This document shows, piece by piece, positions 41,858 to 55,775 of a stretch of DNA of 64,000 bases. Every line of letters starts with the position of its first letter. The stretch's first letter is position 1. Made by a program: the position numbers and the translations under genes. Under the pieces are notes generated by a model. It did not search any database. It had not been told where the DNA came from and saw only the letters and a program-made list of their open reading frames with translations. Source of the DNA: the human T2T-CHM13v2.0 reference genome, Homo sapiens; NCBI RefSeq assembly GCF_009914755.1, contig NC_060945.1. The stretch is one strand, 5' to 3'.

Positions 41858-44800
41858 AGGAGAGACATCACAATTAACAAGTGGATCTGATGAGTTGGGA
41901 GAATACCTTTGGGTTTCTATAGATGGATGGAAGGAGGAAATTGGTCCTTGGGTGGGCACAGGCTGCTGGTTCTTCACTGAACCAGGAGCCCGACCTTTCA
42001 CATACTTTTGTGCAGCTTTTGCTAAAGGAACAGACCTGGCCGGAGCTGGACAGTGAGGCCAGGGTTGCATTCAAATGGAATGACCAGCTGGACATTGGTC
42101 CCTGCCTACTGGCAACTGGGGAGAATGAGCAAGAAAAGTGTGGATCAGAAACTAAGTACAGAGAATGTCAAAAGGGTCCATTGGCAATTCCCACGAAACA
42201 GCACTTCAGCCAGATTCACCTGCCACCAGGCCATGGTCAAGAGGACCATGTCTCTTGAGATCTGGGGGCCACAGGATGAACTAGAGATGGCCAACGGCTG
42301 TTGGAAAGAGAAAGGAGGATGGGAATGATGAATAAGCAATGAAGATTACTGGATGTCTTCAATACAAAACTACGCATTACTTAGAACATATCCTTCTAGG
42401 TTTTCTGATTCTAGCTATTCATTGCCATTCAGCTATTTTTACAATCTCTAAATTGTAGAGAACTGATGGCAGTGCAGTTATAATTGGCAACGCAAACATG
42501 ATTATTGTGTATAGACTGGCAAATAAATTCTGTTAGGTGGATGCTCAAATAATATCCCTTCTCATAGAAAAAGCCATCTTGACATTCCTTAACTCCATAG
42601 AAATGTGCCATTCTTTGACTTCTTCTTTGAATCTTTTGTAACATTTATATGATTTCCTTATTAATTAATAAGTGTAATAAAATATTTTCCATATGTTAGT
42701 TTTATATTTGCCTGAGAGTCATGATTTTACGCTATTTAAAAATCATCCTTTAATAACACCTGAGGTGTCTAGGGTACTACAGGGAGCAACATCAGAGGCA
42801 GCATCGCACTCAGAGTCAGGGACAAAAATCTGTCCAGTGAGGAGAGCTGAGGGGTCACTGGCCCCCAGAAAGCCCCATGCAGCCAAGCTTGCAGCAGGGA
42901 CAATATGAATGAAAGCAAACTGTTTTATTTTTATTTTTAAAAGTTAGGGCAAAATACAGATCCTTTATCTTGCCTTTTGAGAGTAATATCAAGAGATGCT
43001 TTTATAGTTTTTTGAAGAAGAGTGAAATCCATCTCTGCCTCATCTTTATATAAACATTTGTTTACGTATTTGTACTTTATATCCTACCTGCTTCCAAAAA
43101 CAACAATTGAAATGGGCCAAACGGTAATAAAAGCGACAATAATAGATTGTGTAGCAGACCAGACCTTACCTTGCAAAGAGTGATGTCAGCTGTAGAACCA
43201 CACAGCAGATGGTGAAAAACCATATGATAAAAATAACAGAAGGTTACACGGTAAATATATTACCACAACAATCAGGCAGCGAAGAGACTGGTGAACAGAG
43301 AGGGAAAAGCCAGGGGGCAGAAGGATCATCCAAGGTCATGATCTCTGAGATATTAATGGTACCTTGCACTTTGGGTTTATATGTCAACAGTCTCTGAAGA
43401 GCCAGGTGTGGTTGCACTTTCATTAGGACTTGGCCTTTATATAGCAGGTAGCTGGGGACAGAAAGGTCCAGGGCTGGGCAGCAGAAATCGCTAGTTCTTG
43501 TGTGGATGGAAACACTGGTGCAGGAATGGGGACCATCTTTTCCCTAAGACCTCACAGCCAGCTGGGAGAATGAAGTTGAAGGCCAGCTCTCTGGCTGCTC
43601 CGGGCATCCTATGTATCTGGCCATGTTGCCTCCAGCACTATGGGGACAGTGGGGATGGCTATGTCAGGGGTCTCAGAGCACTTTGCAAACAATGCAATAA
43701 ATACGGTGGAGGGTAGCACATTCTCCTATTAATATACATGACTACAGCTAGCGAGATCATTACTGCAAAGTTTAGGGCAAGTTGTATGAGATCTGCGATT
43801 ACAGAGATTTGTACTGTCTGGAATATAATTTTTAAAAATTCTCCAGAAAGCCTTTTTAAGGAAAATATCACAGAATTAAACTGAATGTGTGTGTATCCTA
43901 TAAAACATGGTGTGCCTTCAACAAGTAAATTATACATCTTATCAAGAGAAGCATTTGGAAAACTAAGATAAAATGTGAATTCTCTTACCATCTAGAGGCT
44001 GCTATTCAGAGAAGGATGCAGATTAAAGCTGAGTTCCAGACAAGGGAGGAGAAACATCTCTCTGGGATTTGTGGGAAAAATATAAATCGAACTTGAAAGG
44101 TCCCGAGGAAGTAGCGGTCCATGCATGTTTACACAAAGGGAAGATGTGTTAGTCGGAAAATCAGAGGACTAACCTCAGAACCCTGGAAATGTACCAGTTA
44201 GGGGACAATCCCTGTGTAAATTCTCACAGCTCAAGACCTGTGCAATATTCTAAGCAGAATTACAAAGGGCTCTCACAACGGGCAGGCATGGCTGGGGTTG
44301 GGTGGAGAGGGGAGGACAGAGGCGCTGGCAATCATCAAACAAAATGAAAATGTTCTTCAGAATCCACAGTACACAAGATTCTTGGAAGCTATTTATGTGG
44401 ATGACAGTTTTACAACATGGCTCTCAAGCTGTGTGTTTGGTGTTTCACTCACAGTTTAGAAGAGGGAAAAACGCAGTAGAGAATGGTGATGGAGCACCCA
44501 TTGCCTGTTGGGCAAGAAATTCACAGTGGCCCTGGGATAGAGAGCCAGGCTTTGTGGATCCCTGAGCTGTGCTCTAGGCAGTGAATTCTTTAGGGATGAT
44601 CGAAGCAGGCTGTGAGTGGATCGCCTGGGTGGCTTGGAGTCAATCATGAATCACACACTCTGGGGACATGGAGGGATAGAAGCCATGCCCATCATGAGGC
44701 ACCTTTGATTGACAAGGGGCTGCTCTCCCATTTCCATGGCCTCCACGGCCGAGCCCTCATATGAGTGACCCCTCTTCTAACCTTAATACACTACTGGCTA

Positions 44801-47800
44801 ACAGTTATTGAGCACCTACTGTATGCCAAGCATTCCTTTCTGGGTAATAATTCATAGAAATAATCCAAGAGGTGTTTTTACAGATCTGAGTGGAGAAACT
44901 CATCAGGTAAGTTAGTTAGTTTGTGTTTTAAATGTACAACCATTTTCCTAAGTTGTCAGTTCCAATAATTCTTGGATCTGGTTAAGCTGGATCCTGATAG
45001 GAACATTTGCCTCGGGCTTTTACATGTTTGTGTAATTTGGGTTTAGCTCACCTGCTCATTTCAAACCCTGTCAGGAGCTGGAACAATTTCTACCTGCGAT
45101 GTAGGTGGCTGATGACATGGACTGATTTGAAGGAAGTAGACAGGTTCTAGCTAACCCTGAGTAGCCTCCCTCACCCTTCAAGCTACATGGTGTCTTTATC
45201 CTTGAATGATTTAATTCCACTTTGTCATTCACACATCTGAATTAGGTAGCAAAATCCTATTTAGGCTCCTTTAAGAGGCCAGCCTGGAAAACCTACTCAT
45301 CCCCTACCACTGGCCTATTGGTTGACCAGATGGCAGTGGTCCCTTTAGCAGATGCTAAGTAGTGAAGTCTGGGCTTTAGGACTTGGCAGCTAAAAGGAAA
45401 GACTGAGTGGCTTCCAAGGGTAGACCCAAGGGGTGGGGTGCTATAGATAGTAGGAAGTGAAAAGCAAAGGGCCAGCTCAGGCAGAGGGTAGGCCAAGACA
45501 AGGCATTTGCTGCAGAGAATGGCACAGGACCCTGGGAGGATGAAGGGAAGGAGAAAGGAGAACACACTTCTCTGAGTGGGCATCTTGCATAGAAACATAT
45601 TTCCTGGAAGAGGGAGACAGGAGCTGTAGCCAGATGATACATTTTCCCTTTTCTGATGCTCATGTATGTTGCAATGACCAGGAAGGCATGCAATCCATGG
45701 AGGATTTCCCACCCACCCCCGCCCCCACCCCCCGGCCCCAGCCACCTGGCCTGCTGAAAACAGATAGGCACATGGCATTGTATCTCTGGTGAGATAAATT
45801 AAAGATCTGAAAGCAATATGCCATCAATAGCCAGCATTAAACAGAGATCGCAGGAGTGGAACAGACCTTTTAAGCATCTGTTTTCTTTGAAGCTCAGTAT
45901 TTCTCTCTTTGGCACAGGCCCAGCTACCTAACTGGCAAAGACCCAAACCCATCCCAGAATTGCCTCTTGGGATCCAAAATAGCCAGTCCATCAGGATGGA
46001 ACATTCTCTCTCTGCCTTGCTTTCCGCACTGTTAGAATAATTCTGAGATATTTCAGACAGTACATTAAAAATACTTAGAACAATTCAAATTTTTTTTTTT
46101 TTTTTTGGTTTCCAAAAGCAGCTCTTAGGAAGGCATTTAAAACCAACTGTAAATCATTTGAAAGTGAATTTGTACACAGTACAATGTATGCCCAAATGGT
46201 CTGGTTCCTTTATTATCAGACATTTATATTTGATGATGTCTATAAATTTTTGAGTGACTTTTCAAGGGGGTCATCTTGCTAACATCAAAGGGTGATCTGA
46301 TGATGCCATCGTCCATCATGGCTCATTCTCTTCCTACAGCTTCTGCACCCGGTGGGTTCTGCTTTTGAACTGTAGCTTGGCCTGACTACTCATGTGAGCC
46401 TTGTGGTGTGATCTGGGAAATTCTTTGTGCATCTTACAGACTCAAACACCAATCCCAAGTCTTGGAAGATGCACCATTATCTCTATCTACCCAGATTTTT
46501 TTTGGCCACAATCATGCATTTTCTTACTTTCCTGATTCTTCTCTCCCATTCATTACCTTCTTTTTTCCTATTTTCATTCCCTCCTCTTGATGTTGAGGGC
46601 TCCACTGACTGCCATTGACACAAGAGCTTAGTATGGATGGAGGGGACAGTTTCAAGTGGATGAGAACTATCATGGCAAATGATAGGATAGTTGGATTGGG
46701 CACACCTTGCATCCTGTACCGTGGGGGGAGCCATGGCCATGAAGATAGCTTGCATGACATCATAGCCATGATAGTCATTGAACATGTGTTGTGTCCACTC
46801 CTCTGATCCTGGTGTTCTGCTCTGCCTTGCACCGTAATCACAGACGAATGCCAGAGCTCAAACCAAAACCTGGACTTCGTGTTCCAGGTGGGTGGGAATT
46901 GAAGCAAGAAATGCAAGGCTGATATAGACCCTGTACACCTCCCACCCACGTATCTGGCAGAATGTTCAGGTGAAGGGCTAGAAGAGGGCCCGATGAGGGC
47001 AGAGGCCAGCTCTACCCTTGACAGGAGGACAGAAATCTGGGCACAACCACACCCTGGGCTCTGAGACTTTTTCCTGAATAACAGTAAGATTTGTACTCTG
47101 GGGTATTCTTCCTACATGACTCATGGCTCTCTCTTCAAATCTGGAAGAAGTTGCCTGAAGAACAGTGTGCTCTTGCAGACAGATGAGTAAACCGGCAGAC
47201 AGATGGGTGGACTTCTAGATAAACAGTGATGGAGAGAGGTGAGGCTGCAGCATGCAATGTGCCCAGAGTCACAGAAGTTTGGTATTGTGGTTTATTTCCC
47301 ATTCACAAAGTATAACCACCTGTTTTTTCTTCTATTTTTTTAACGAAAAGCTTTTTAAAAACCTGTTAAGAAATAAAATGATTCTTGGACATTAGGCAGC
47401 TGTTAAAATGTTTTGATGGGTTTAGAATAAATAACTCAGAAACATATGGATTTGATTTTTCATAAGTTAAATGTGTGTATTTTCAAATGAGAAGCAAATT
47501 TCCCAGGAAAATACAGTTCAGTTTTTTTTTGACGGGGATTGTGGGAGAAGGTTGGTTATTAAACAAACAAATGTAAGCACACAAATCAAAGTGAAGAGGT
47601 ATGGGGCACGGATGTCCTAAGAGCTACTCTGGTCCATCAACACAGGGCAAGGCAGAAAAACAAGGCTGTCCTCAGGGAGCTTACCTGGTTAATTCATTAA
47701 CTAACGTGTGAAATGACATCTGAAGGAGTCATCAAGAATGAGTATATCTATCAGGATGGAGTAGCACACCCCAGACCTAGAAGTCTAATCAAGGCTGCCT

Positions 47801-48222
47801 GATGTTCAAGAAGCCATAACTAATAACATGCCTAGAAATAATATGTGGGCAAACCTAAGCAAATCAGTTGCCTGGAGTCTGGATCTTACAAAGTCAAAGG
47901 GCAAGGCTTCCTCTGTGTCACCGGCATTAGTTAGGGAATGGGGCACCTTGGCCACCAACAGGAAGTTTTCAGTGCACCCAGGAGGTGCAGCCTACAGGAG
48001 GAATAGGTGACTGATGATCATGGCTTAATAACACTCATTTGCTTCACCTAACTGCACTCCCAAGGCTCTTTGCCCAACCTTCTGATCATAACTTTGCTCC
48101 CTCAATCAATTTTTCTCCCAATAGTGATGTTTCCTAAGTTGGCTTTGTGGTTTATGTATCAGTCTTCTGTGAGTTTAGTTCATGTGAATCTGCACCTCCA
48201 AGATCAATACTCTCTATAGGCC

Positions 48223-48587
48223 TGATATGGTTTGACTGTGTCCCCACCCGAATCTCATCTTGAATTGTAATCCCCATAATCCTCACATGTCATGGGAGGG
48301 AACTGGTTGGAGGTAATTGAACCATGGGGTCAGTTTCCCCCATGCTGTTCTCATGATAGTGTGTTCTTATGAGATCTGCTGGTTTTATGAGCATCTGACA
48401 TTTCCCCTGCTGTCACTCATTCTCTCTCTTGCCGAACTGTGAAGAGGTGCCTTCCACCATGATTGTAAGTTTCCTGAGGCCTCCCCAGCCATGTGGAACT
48501 GTCAGTCAATTATACCTCATTCCTTTATAAATTACCCAGTCTCAGGTATTTCTTCATAGCAACGTTGAGAACAGACTAATAATGTCA
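48223..48587 (+). mobile_element. THE1 (C/D-like) solo LTR
   Basis: TGATATGGTTTG start; TSD AGGCC at 48218-48222 and 48588-48592. Confidence 0.93.
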
Positions 48588-48759
48588 AGGCCCTTGACAA
48601 AGCCTAGCTGTTTCTCCTGCTGGGCTGAAGGTGAGACTCTGGAACACAGTGACGACTAATCATTACTTGCCAGGCTCACCCAGCACAACATCACCATCCC
48701 AGCCATGCATGCGCTGTAGTCGTTTCTTATTAATATCATAACACTGAGACTGCCAACGA

Positions 48760-48995
48760 TGGCTGTCATTGATTCCAGCTTACCACATGCCAAGCACGTT
48801 ACGCGAATCCTTGCAGTAAATCCTCACAGTGACTCTATGGGCAGATACCATTATTGGTGTTAGTTTACAGAGGAGAAAACTGAGACTAAACCAGGTGAAT
48901 AACTTTTCCAAAGATCTCATCACTGGTGGCCAATGGGGATAACTGGATTGAGGCCAGGCAGACTAGTGCAGTCAGTGTACCTAACCGTCCATTGA
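48760..48995 (-). mobile_element. MIR
   Basis: tttacagaggagaaaactgagac...aacttttccaaag. Confidence 0.7.
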
Positions 48996-49179
48996 CCTGA
49001 TCTCTTAAACCAGCTCTCTAAACACACCAACCACAACTAGCTGAGCATTGCTAGCAGTGTGCATACTCGTCTAGGCTTGGTGTCTTTTCATTGACCCTAA
49101 TCTATAAGTGTTTCTGCACTGAAAAGCCTTTTTTAGAACCCACTATGTAGGACTAGAAATAGAAATATGAGCAAATTAT

Positions 49180-50560
49180 TGACTTTCTCACTCTCCCTGT
49201 TCTCTCTTCTTAAACCTCCAGCATCTTCTCCCCATCCTCACTCTTAGCTGAAGACACAGCTTCCACCTTCACCAAGAAATCTGTCACCATTACAAGGGAA
49301 CATCCACAAACTACCAGATCACATCTATCCACGCTTCCACTTGTACCTTTTATCCCTCCCTTTTGCCCTCTACTGGACAGCATTGCTCAGCATTTACCTC
49401 ATTCCTCAGCATTTTTCCAGTCCTTCCCATCAGCTGTTACCACTCCACCCTGCAAAGAAAACTGTGTCTTATCTCCACTCCCTCTTCAACTTCTATCTCC
49501 ATTTCTCTGCTCACTTTCACAGCAGAACTCCTTAGAAAACTCGGCCATACTTGCTTTTCCCATTTCCTCTGCCTCCATCTCTCTTAAACTCATCCTAATC
49601 AGGGGTTCACCCTCTCCCTTCCCTGCTCCCTGGAAGCTGCTCCTGTCTGGGCCCGCAGTAGCACCCAGCCCAATGGATGTCATCACTGGGGGAGGAGGCC
49701 TGTCTTGCTGGCCCATCAGCCGCAGGCCACACCTGATCATCCCTCCCCCTTGAAACGTCACTTTCACTTGGTCTCTCACCAACTCCTCTTTTCTTTTTCC
49801 TTTTCTTTGCTGGTTTCTCACTATTTGGGATGCCCCAGGGCTCACTAGGACATGTTCTCTTCTCTATCCTCATTCTCATTTTCAATACCCAGTGGCCAGA
49901 TTTATTATCTCCAGCCCTTGAACTCCAGACTCATATAACAGACTGACAGCTTGACTTCTCCATTTGGATGTCTAATAAATATCTCAAAATTCACCTGACC
50001 AAAACTGAACTTTGATACTAGTCTGGATTTAATGTCATTTAATTTATCCCAAATTATAAGTATTTATGCATTCAAAAGTCTTTCTGATGAACCCACTCTG
50101 TAAGGTCTAAGGATAGAAAGATGAACAAATTATTCACTGTCCCACTCAGCCACACCCACGCCTACACTCAGCTGTCCTCAGGGCTCTCTGATGAACACTG
50201 GGAGGAATGATGGGAGGGTGACAATGCCTTCTTCCATTTGCTCAGGCCTCAACCTTAGAGTCACTATGTCTGTCCCTTTTCTGTGACAGTTCACATTCAA
50301 TCTCTTAGAAAGCCCTTTAAACACATTCACAATCCAAGCACGGCTCCACCTCCACCACTGCCACCCTCCTGACCCAAGCCACCATCTCTGCAATGACCTG
50401 ACTGGCCTCTCTGTGTCCACTGCTGTGCCCTGCAAAACTATTCTCAGCACAGCAAGCCACGGTAGTCCTTTCAAAACATAAGTCAGATTCTGGCAGTTCT
50501 GCTCCAAACCTCTTTCTCTCAACAAAGCCAGAGTCACTCTATGCCCAGCAGTCTGTTTCC
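49180..50560 (+). mobile_element. L2 fragments
   Basis: ctccagactcatat...ttggatgtctaata...caaaactgaac. Confidence 0.75.
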
Positions 50561-51519
50561 GACGATTGGCGAGGTCCTGAGAGCAGGGCTGTCTCATGGG
50601 GACACATGCTCCTCCCCTGCCCTCAGCCATAAGTGATTCTAGAAATGAATGTGCAAGGCTGGTGGAGCTCTCTCTGGAACACAGTTATCCCCTTCCAGAG
50701 TGAATTATAATTCTCCCCAACAAACAGGCATTATTTTTGTAAAATAAAAAAATCTTATTTTAAAAAAGAATTGAAAAGCAGAAGCCTTCCAGGACTTGAA
50801 CCACAGTTGGCCTATTCCCTCTCTCCCCAGCACAGTGCTTAGCGGGGAGCCTCCACCTTTCCTATGAATTCAAAATGCCAAGCTCGCCCATCCTGCTTCC
50901 TCCTCCCCCTTCTTCCCAGTGCTTTTTGACCCCAAGCCAACCTGGAGAGCCAGAGGTGGGGACAGAGTGAGCAGCCAGGGCGCTAATCTTCCTGGGGGCC
51001 AGGTCACAGGAGGCTCCTGGCTTCTACCCTAGGGTTCCTCGGGGTTTAATTGCTGGTGGTTTTATGCTTCTGAAGCTGCTGCAGGATGTGCAGCTGCAAA
51101 CAGCTTACTGTTTCGATTTTCCCTTATTGCTGGCCTCACACTTCAATACTTATGTGAAACTTAAAAGTAATTTTCTCTTTGAACCAGGCTCAGAAGGTAG
51201 AAGGAAAACCATGGCCTTTTCCACAGCAGCCATCTCAGGGTCAGTGACTATCAGTGCCCACAAACCCGGCCTCCAGAAAATGGAACTCTTGTGCTAGTCT
51301 GCAGGTGTTTCCATACAAGGAACACCTCCGGTGGGCCTCTCAGCCCCTCATTTATTCTTTTAGTACTAAATAATTCAGGGCTCTAACAGCGTTGGAGGGT
51401 GGCTTATAAAGTTGAAAAGTAATTTGTAAAGATCTGCAAGTTTTGACTCTGTGTTGAGCTTTGAAATAATGAAGAATCAATGGGGACCATCGATAGTATT
51501 AGCCAACATTTAATGGGCT

Positions 51520-51690
51520 CAGAACCAGCTATATAATTTGTGGGGCCTAGTGTAAAACAAAAATGCAGGGCCCTTTGTGCAAAAATTGTTACAAATTTCA
51601 AGACAATGATGGCAGAGCATTAAATCAAGCATGGGGCCTTCTGAGCATGGGGTCCTGTGCAACTGCCTTGGTGGCAGGCCTGTGTCTGGG
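51520..51690 (-). mobile_element. MER45A-like hAT-Tip100 element
   Basis: ataatttgtggggcctagtgtaaa...gagcattaaatcaagcatggggccttctgagc. Confidence 0.8.
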
Positions 51691-51734
51691 CACAGGCTGT
51701 GCCAGGCTCTAAGGTACACACTGGACCTGGCCGT

Positions 51735-51895
51735 CTCATTTCACACTCACCAGACACTTTGGGACAGACACCCATAATATTCCCATTTTACAGATGAGCT
51801 AACTGACGGTTTCAGAGGTTAAGTAACTTGCCAAAAGTCACCCAATTAACAAAAAAGAGAGCCAGGATTCAAATCCAGGTAGTCTGATCCCTAGA
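51735..51895 (-). mobile_element. MIR
   Basis: cccattttacagatgag...gaggttaagtaacttgcc...ggattcaaatccagg. Confidence 0.85.
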
Positions 51896-54800
51896 GAAGC
51901 CGTCCTCAAAGAGTTATATTTTTAATATTTTTACTATCCATGCTTTCCTATTACAAATAACATTCATTTTTGCATCATCATAGTCATTACTTATCCCAGG
52001 ACATTTGAAAAAATAAGAAAAAGCCTAAAGAAGACAATTAAAATCACCCAAAATAATGATATCAGTGCATATATGTTCTGTCCTTTTTTCAAAGTATATT
52101 TTATATACAAAACAAATTTATGTTATATATGTATATATGAAATATATATATAAATTAAACACCTCATTTACAGCATTGCATGTCTTTAGGTTGAGAGTTG
52201 AACAAACAGGCTCACTATGAAACATACGTGGGTGGATCCATGTAGACAGGCTGGAAAACCCAGCAACAATTGGACAAGTTGGCCAAGTCCAAGTTCAGAG
52301 GGGCTGTGGGGATAATGTAATACATGAAATCACATACTTTGAAGTAGAAGCAACATTAAACCTGAGGCAAGACCTGAGGCAAGCTTGCTTCAACCACCCA
52401 AAAAATCATGGACTGCCAGTGCTCAAAGAGTGAAGAGTCCCCTGTAAATATCTGTAGCTTCACTATTTAGTTTTTCTTGTGGGGTCCAAGTCAGAATAAA
52501 CTTAACATTTTTATTACTATGAGTCATGTTCCAAAGTGCCCTGCCCTTGAGTTGATGTCGAATGGTTTTACAAGTTTTTTGTACCTGGATGTCATTGAAA
52601 CACTATTTGCATGTGCTATAGTGAACCCAGAATGGTGGGATTAAGTTAAAAAAGGCAAACCCACCAACGCCTAATTGGGGAAATAGCAAACTCTGATTTA
52701 ATCACAGTGATAAAATAAAAATCCACCCTCTCACCTTTTCTCCCCAGGTCTCTCCTGATAACTCTGAAAGTCTAAAACAGCAGTACCATTCTTCCCTGCC
52801 AAAGGTATTATCTGCAGTTTCTACCATGAAATACACAGGTCAACAGTTGGTAGGAAAACTGACCGCATGAGAACATTCCTGCAGTTTTTATCTAATGATG
52901 TTGAAACAGCTCTCTGCAGGATGTGCAGAGGGAAAGAATCACTGATCTGTGAGATGCTTCTTCCCTCAAACAGAAAAACTTGAGTGTCAAGTATAAAATC
53001 CAGATGAACAAGTTGCTTTCCAAATAAAAGGAAAAGAGCTGGAATATTCTGTTAATGCATCAAACCTAATGTGGAGTAAATGACATTAAATCTTGGCTAG
53101 GCTAACAGGCCACCGAGATTTAGACCTGCAGGCTAAGTTGGCTCTTCCTTATGGAAGGCAGAACAGAAATACTGCTGCTCAACGTGTATTTCCCCACCTA
53201 CAGTCGGATCGGCCACAGGTGGCCTTTGAGGACACTTGTCCCTCTCACTTCTTCCTCTCCAGAGGCTGATTTCCTGGGACTGTGGATTTGAACACTCCAT
53301 TGTTTTAGTTGGAACTTAATAGAATACCAGGTTTCAGAACAAAAGTGGGTGTATATTGTCTGTCTCTTTTTCTGGCGCATGCCGGAAGTTCATACACTTA
53401 ATTTATTTGACATTTTGCAAGATAAAGCACAAGTTGGAGAAGAGAAAATTCAAGAGAAAGAAAAGGCATCATAAGACTTTTCTTAAAGAAAGTGTATGTC
53501 AAAGAAATGACTTAATTCTGAGAGTACACTCCATAGGAATGGATGACTAAATGGTTTCATTTAGAGACAGCTCTTTTTGTGAGTTTCTGTCCTCTATCAA
53601 TCTGCACGGTGGAAACAATAAGCACTGAGCTTTGAACAACCAAGGTTTGAGGGAGAAAACACAGTAAAATGCTAGTTTCAAAATAAGTAATCTTCAAGCA
53701 TAATTGAATTATTCCTGAGCATGGAGTTGTAATGTCATATCCCATTGTGACTACTGCTGCATTTGTGGGATTTTTTTTTTTTAAAGAATTACCTTCTTTA
53801 GAGAGGAACAGAGATAATAAGTATTTTTTATCAATATCCTCATATTCAACCTCTTTCCCTAAACTGTGAATTGAAATTCTAAGCAAATAGCTTTGCAGAA
53901 TTGCAATGATTTGCTTAGCAGTGTTCTGAGTTAGGCAAGTAGTGAAACCAGCTCAGCACAGCAACTGCTTTCTAGGCATCCCTGTGGTGGGCCAGCCTGC
54001 CCTTCCAGCAGGCTTGCAGGTCTACCAGCCTCCTGTTACCAAGTCCAGCCCAGCCCTATGGCAAGAAACCAGGACTGGCATGAAAGATGGAAGAGCTTAG
54101 CATGAGGCCTTACCAGCACCAGAAAGTAGGAAACTTGTGTGCTCCAAGCATGCGCTTCTTTTTGCCCGGTTGAAATTTGATCAAGGTACCAAATGTGTCT
54201 AACATACTATGTCTACCACTGAATCACAAAGGGAAAAATACAGGTGGGGCTGGGTGGGGAAAGAGGGTCCGGGAGGGAAAGGTAGAGCGGTATGTGGGAG
54301 GGGGACAGGGCCATGTGACGACCAGCACTCACCCCCACTGGAAGGCTGTCTGCCTTGTCACATGCTTGCTGTGAAAATGGCGATCCCGTGTGATGTTCCT
54401 GATAGACCAACACCACAGAGTTTCACAATTATTTGTGCGTATGCCTGAATCCAGTACTAGACTGTGACCTTCTTGAGGGCAGGGACCGTGTATTGATCAT
54501 CATTCACGCCTGCATATGGCTCTTCAGGGAGGTTTGTAAAGGAGATGATTGAGAAAGACCATAGGAATCTATCCTCAACAGCAAGTCAATGCAACAGACG
54601 GTGATCTTGCTATGATCTGGCTAGGTGCCAAGTACAGTAGTGAGCTGAGTACTGAGTAATGGGAGTGGTCATGCATGAGACATATTCCCTTCCCCCAAAT
54701 TGCTCAGTGTCTAGATAGGGCCATGGCAGGTTTATGACTAACTCCATAGAGAATTTGTACAGGTCAGGATGTTAGCTGAAATTGACTCTGAGGACAGGGA

Positions 54801-55218
54801 AAGGCGGTGTGAAATGCCTCCAGAACAAAGGTGGGTTGCATTTACTGGACCCCCTGCAGCACGTATGCTCCCACTGGATTCCTAGTGATGCTCCAGCACT
54901 AAACTTGTGATTATGAGGCTTCTCTGCACTGGAAAAAGGCAGCTCAGTGGGCAGAGTGGTAAGGGGGTTGGCTATGACCTATACTGGCTACTCCCAGCTC
55001 CATCCCTGCGTGAGTGATATCCAGGACTACACTAAGTTCACTGTGCCTCAGTTCATCCGAGATCATGTCCAGGTACAGAGGAAGGCCTATTTGCCCAAAA
55101 TAACATTGCTCTCTTCCCCAGCTGAAGACTGGGTCCTGTTTGTTTCTAGGGTTACAGACAAAGTAAAATTATGGAACTTGCCAGGTATCAGGAAAAACTC
55201 AATGTCTGCCTTGAAATG

Positions 55219-55220
<2 letters not shown>

Positions 55221-55256
<36 letters not shown>

Positions 55257-55284
55257 CAGAGAGAGAGAGAGACAGAGAGAGAGA
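55221..55284. repeat. Compound (TG)n/(GA)n microsatellite
   Basis: Read directly. Confidence 0.95.
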
Positions 55285-55475
55285 CATGCATGTCGGATTG
55301 GGAGGAGAGATGGTTCCAGGTTGGATAAAAATATTTTCCAAAAAGAATCTTGGATTTGAAGGTGGCCTGTTATTTTCTATAGGGTCCAAAACGGAAGCAA
55401 AAAAACCCTTTGACTCACCTATAGGTTTTTATAGAAATTTACACCTAATTTCTTATTTCAAATGGATGAAATGTT

Positions 55476-55775
55476 GGCTGGGCATGGTGGCTCACACTGT
55501 AATCCCAGCACTTTGGGAAGCTGAGGCAGGTGGATCATTTGAGGTCAGGAAGTCGAGACCAGCCTGGCCAACATGGTGAAACCCGGCTCTAAAAATACAA
55601 AAAAAAAAAAAAATTAGCCGAGTATGATTGATAATTACAGGTGGCAGGCACCTATAATCCCAGTTACTCGGGAGACTGAGGCAGGAGAATTGCTTGAACC
55701 CAGGAGGGAGAGGTTGCAGTGATCCGAGATTGCACCTGGGTGACACAGCAAGACTCCGTCTCAAAAAAGAACAAA
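55476..55775 (+). mobile_element. AluS-like with an internal insertion and a deletion
   Basis: Dimer with expanded middle A-tract; extra bases near 55627-55639; lacks about 14 nt before tgggtgac. Confidence 0.93.

Noticed and set aside
43631-43652. RE1/NRSE-like TCCAGCACT-ATGG-GGACAG
   Set aside because: 4-nt spacer instead of 2 and mismatched half-sites; too weak to call.
46483-46949. Overlapping 100-141 aa ORFs
   Set aside because: No recognisable homology or convincing splice signals.
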